A stretch of 62,602 nucleotides of DNA, counting the filler, from Sphacelaria rigidula (taxonomy: Eukaryota), in the NCBI GenBank assembly GCA_964200075.2. It is 10 parts of 10 records of this genome, joined end to end, with 100 filler letters (N's around TTAATTAATTAA, not from the genome) between each part and the next. Parts side by side here need not be neighbours in the genome. Positions count along the whole stretch, not along the records: positions 56,434 to 62,602 come from CAXNAA020021777.1; 9 more parts are not named here. One strand, written 5' to 3'. The translations under genes were made by a program, and so were the position numbers. Under the pieces are notes generated by a model that searched no databases, was not told the origin of the DNA, and saw nothing but the letters and a program-made list of their open reading frames with translations. Positions 61,600 to 62,602 of this stretch are shown piece by piece (the stretch's first letter is position 1; each line of letters starts with the position of its first letter).

Positions 61600-62153
61600 A
61601 TGATTTGGAGAGGAAGTTGCGAATAGGATCGTGGAACGTGTGCGGCTTCGCCACAGATGAGCACGAAATAATAGCGATAGTCGAACAACTAAGGAAGCGC
61701 GACCTAGATATAGTGGGAATTCAAAAGTCATCAGAGAAAGAGGGGGCGGAAATAGGATGCAAAGTTGAAGAGTACGCATGGATGGGGAAGAAGCGGCAGG
61801 GACAGAAGCCCAAGAACAGGGGAGCAGGGGAAGTAGGGTTCTTGGTAAAAAGATAACTGTTCGACATTATTGAAGTGATCGATGACTCGAAATTCGACGA
61901 GATCACATGTATAAGAGTACCAGGAGAGCGGGGAACGAAGGACTTCTTCGTAGGGAACATCTATATGCCCCCAGAATCGAAGAGTAGGGTGGACGGTATT
62001 CAGCGTAGGTTTGGAGAGGTAGCAGCAGATGTACATATGTGTAACAGGCAGGGAGAAGTAATGTTAGTGGGAGATCAATGCAAGGGCAGGAAAAGCAGGT
62101 CAGGCGGATGATATCTGGGCAATACGGGGAAGATAATAAGAACACGAATGGGG
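61600..62153 (+). mobile_element. LINE APE endonuclease domain, degenerate and cut by a DNA-transposon end
   Basis: LRIGSWNVCG, DLDIVGIQ, GEVGFLV, VGNIYMPP and MLVGD. Confidence 0.9.
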
Positions 62154-62602
62154 TACGAGCTGGGCCAGCCCAGAAACGGATTTAATCTGGCAGAGCAATA
62201 TCTCATCACCGGAAACGAATTGAGCCGTGATCCGCATATCGTATTAATCGTCTCTTCAAGGGGAAGGTGCCCATCTACTTGAAAGTTTGGACCCATATTT
62301 GCTCGTTGATTAAACCCCATGTCTAGTAATTCCTATACATAGGGGAGATAGCGCCAATACTAAAATTTCTATGAAACTCTCGATTTATGCATTCAGCCGA
62401 TGGCAACGAAAATCGGTGTGGAGAACCGCAGAAGAGTGCCGATTAAACAAAATGGGCCTTCGTTTTTTTTCTTTCTTCACAAAAGTTAGGGCGTTCTCGC
62501 GAAGAAATGGTCTTTACCATACCAACACGCCCTCAACCAGTGAAAAAATGAATGAAAAAAAATCTGGTCCACTGAGTTTTGTTAATTATGCCCCGGCGAG
62601 GG
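62154..62602 (+). mobile_element. Tc1/mariner-like non-autonomous element end TA|CGAGCTGG; same end at 36561, 38526, 50361 and (reverse) 19010-19019
   Basis: TACGAGCTGGGCCAGC recurs in three contigs, always after TA. At 19018 it joins a LINE tail at the tail's own TA. Confidence 0.6.

Noticed and set aside
60430..61600. LINE ORF1 upstream of the endonuclease
   Set aside because: Position and purine-rich composition fit, but no domain can be read through the stops and the MITE insertion.

Overview
This window is not one locus. It holds ten unrelated contigs of 6171, 6171, 6171, 6170 (x6) and 6169 bp, joined by nine identical artificial 100-nt linkers (44 N + TTAATTAATTAA + 44 N), so it looks like a length-sorted, concatenated draft assembly. 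Adjacency across linkers has no biological meaning. The DNA is eukaryotic, repeat-rich and intron-rich, with short GT-AG exons in multi-kb introns. By inference it is most likely a brown alga or other stramenopile. Recognisable gene pieces are two large exons of a WDR44-like WD40 protein, three phase-compatible exons of a BIG/Sec7 ARF-GEF, one C2CD5-like exon, a multi-exon EF-hand gene and a tandemly duplicated exon pair. The rest is mostly mobile DNA: degenerate Ty3/Gypsy elements (one with a chromodomain), an APE-RT LINE family, tRNA-derived SINEs and many MITE/foldback families. Three signals are the most unusual. (1) A LINE whose ORF2 stop is followed by only GTACG and a poly(C) run, with about 12 mostly tiny 3'-end copies often sitting between C-runs. 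(2) A TGT...ACA MITE with 4-5-bp TSDs that carries telomere-type (CCCTAA)n repeats and nests into itself. (3) A duplicated exon pair with incompatible splice phases, suggesting mutually exclusive or alternative terminal exons. I see no CRISPR array, rRNA, intact tRNA or prokaryote-type system. All family assignments come from motif recognition by eye; no search was run.
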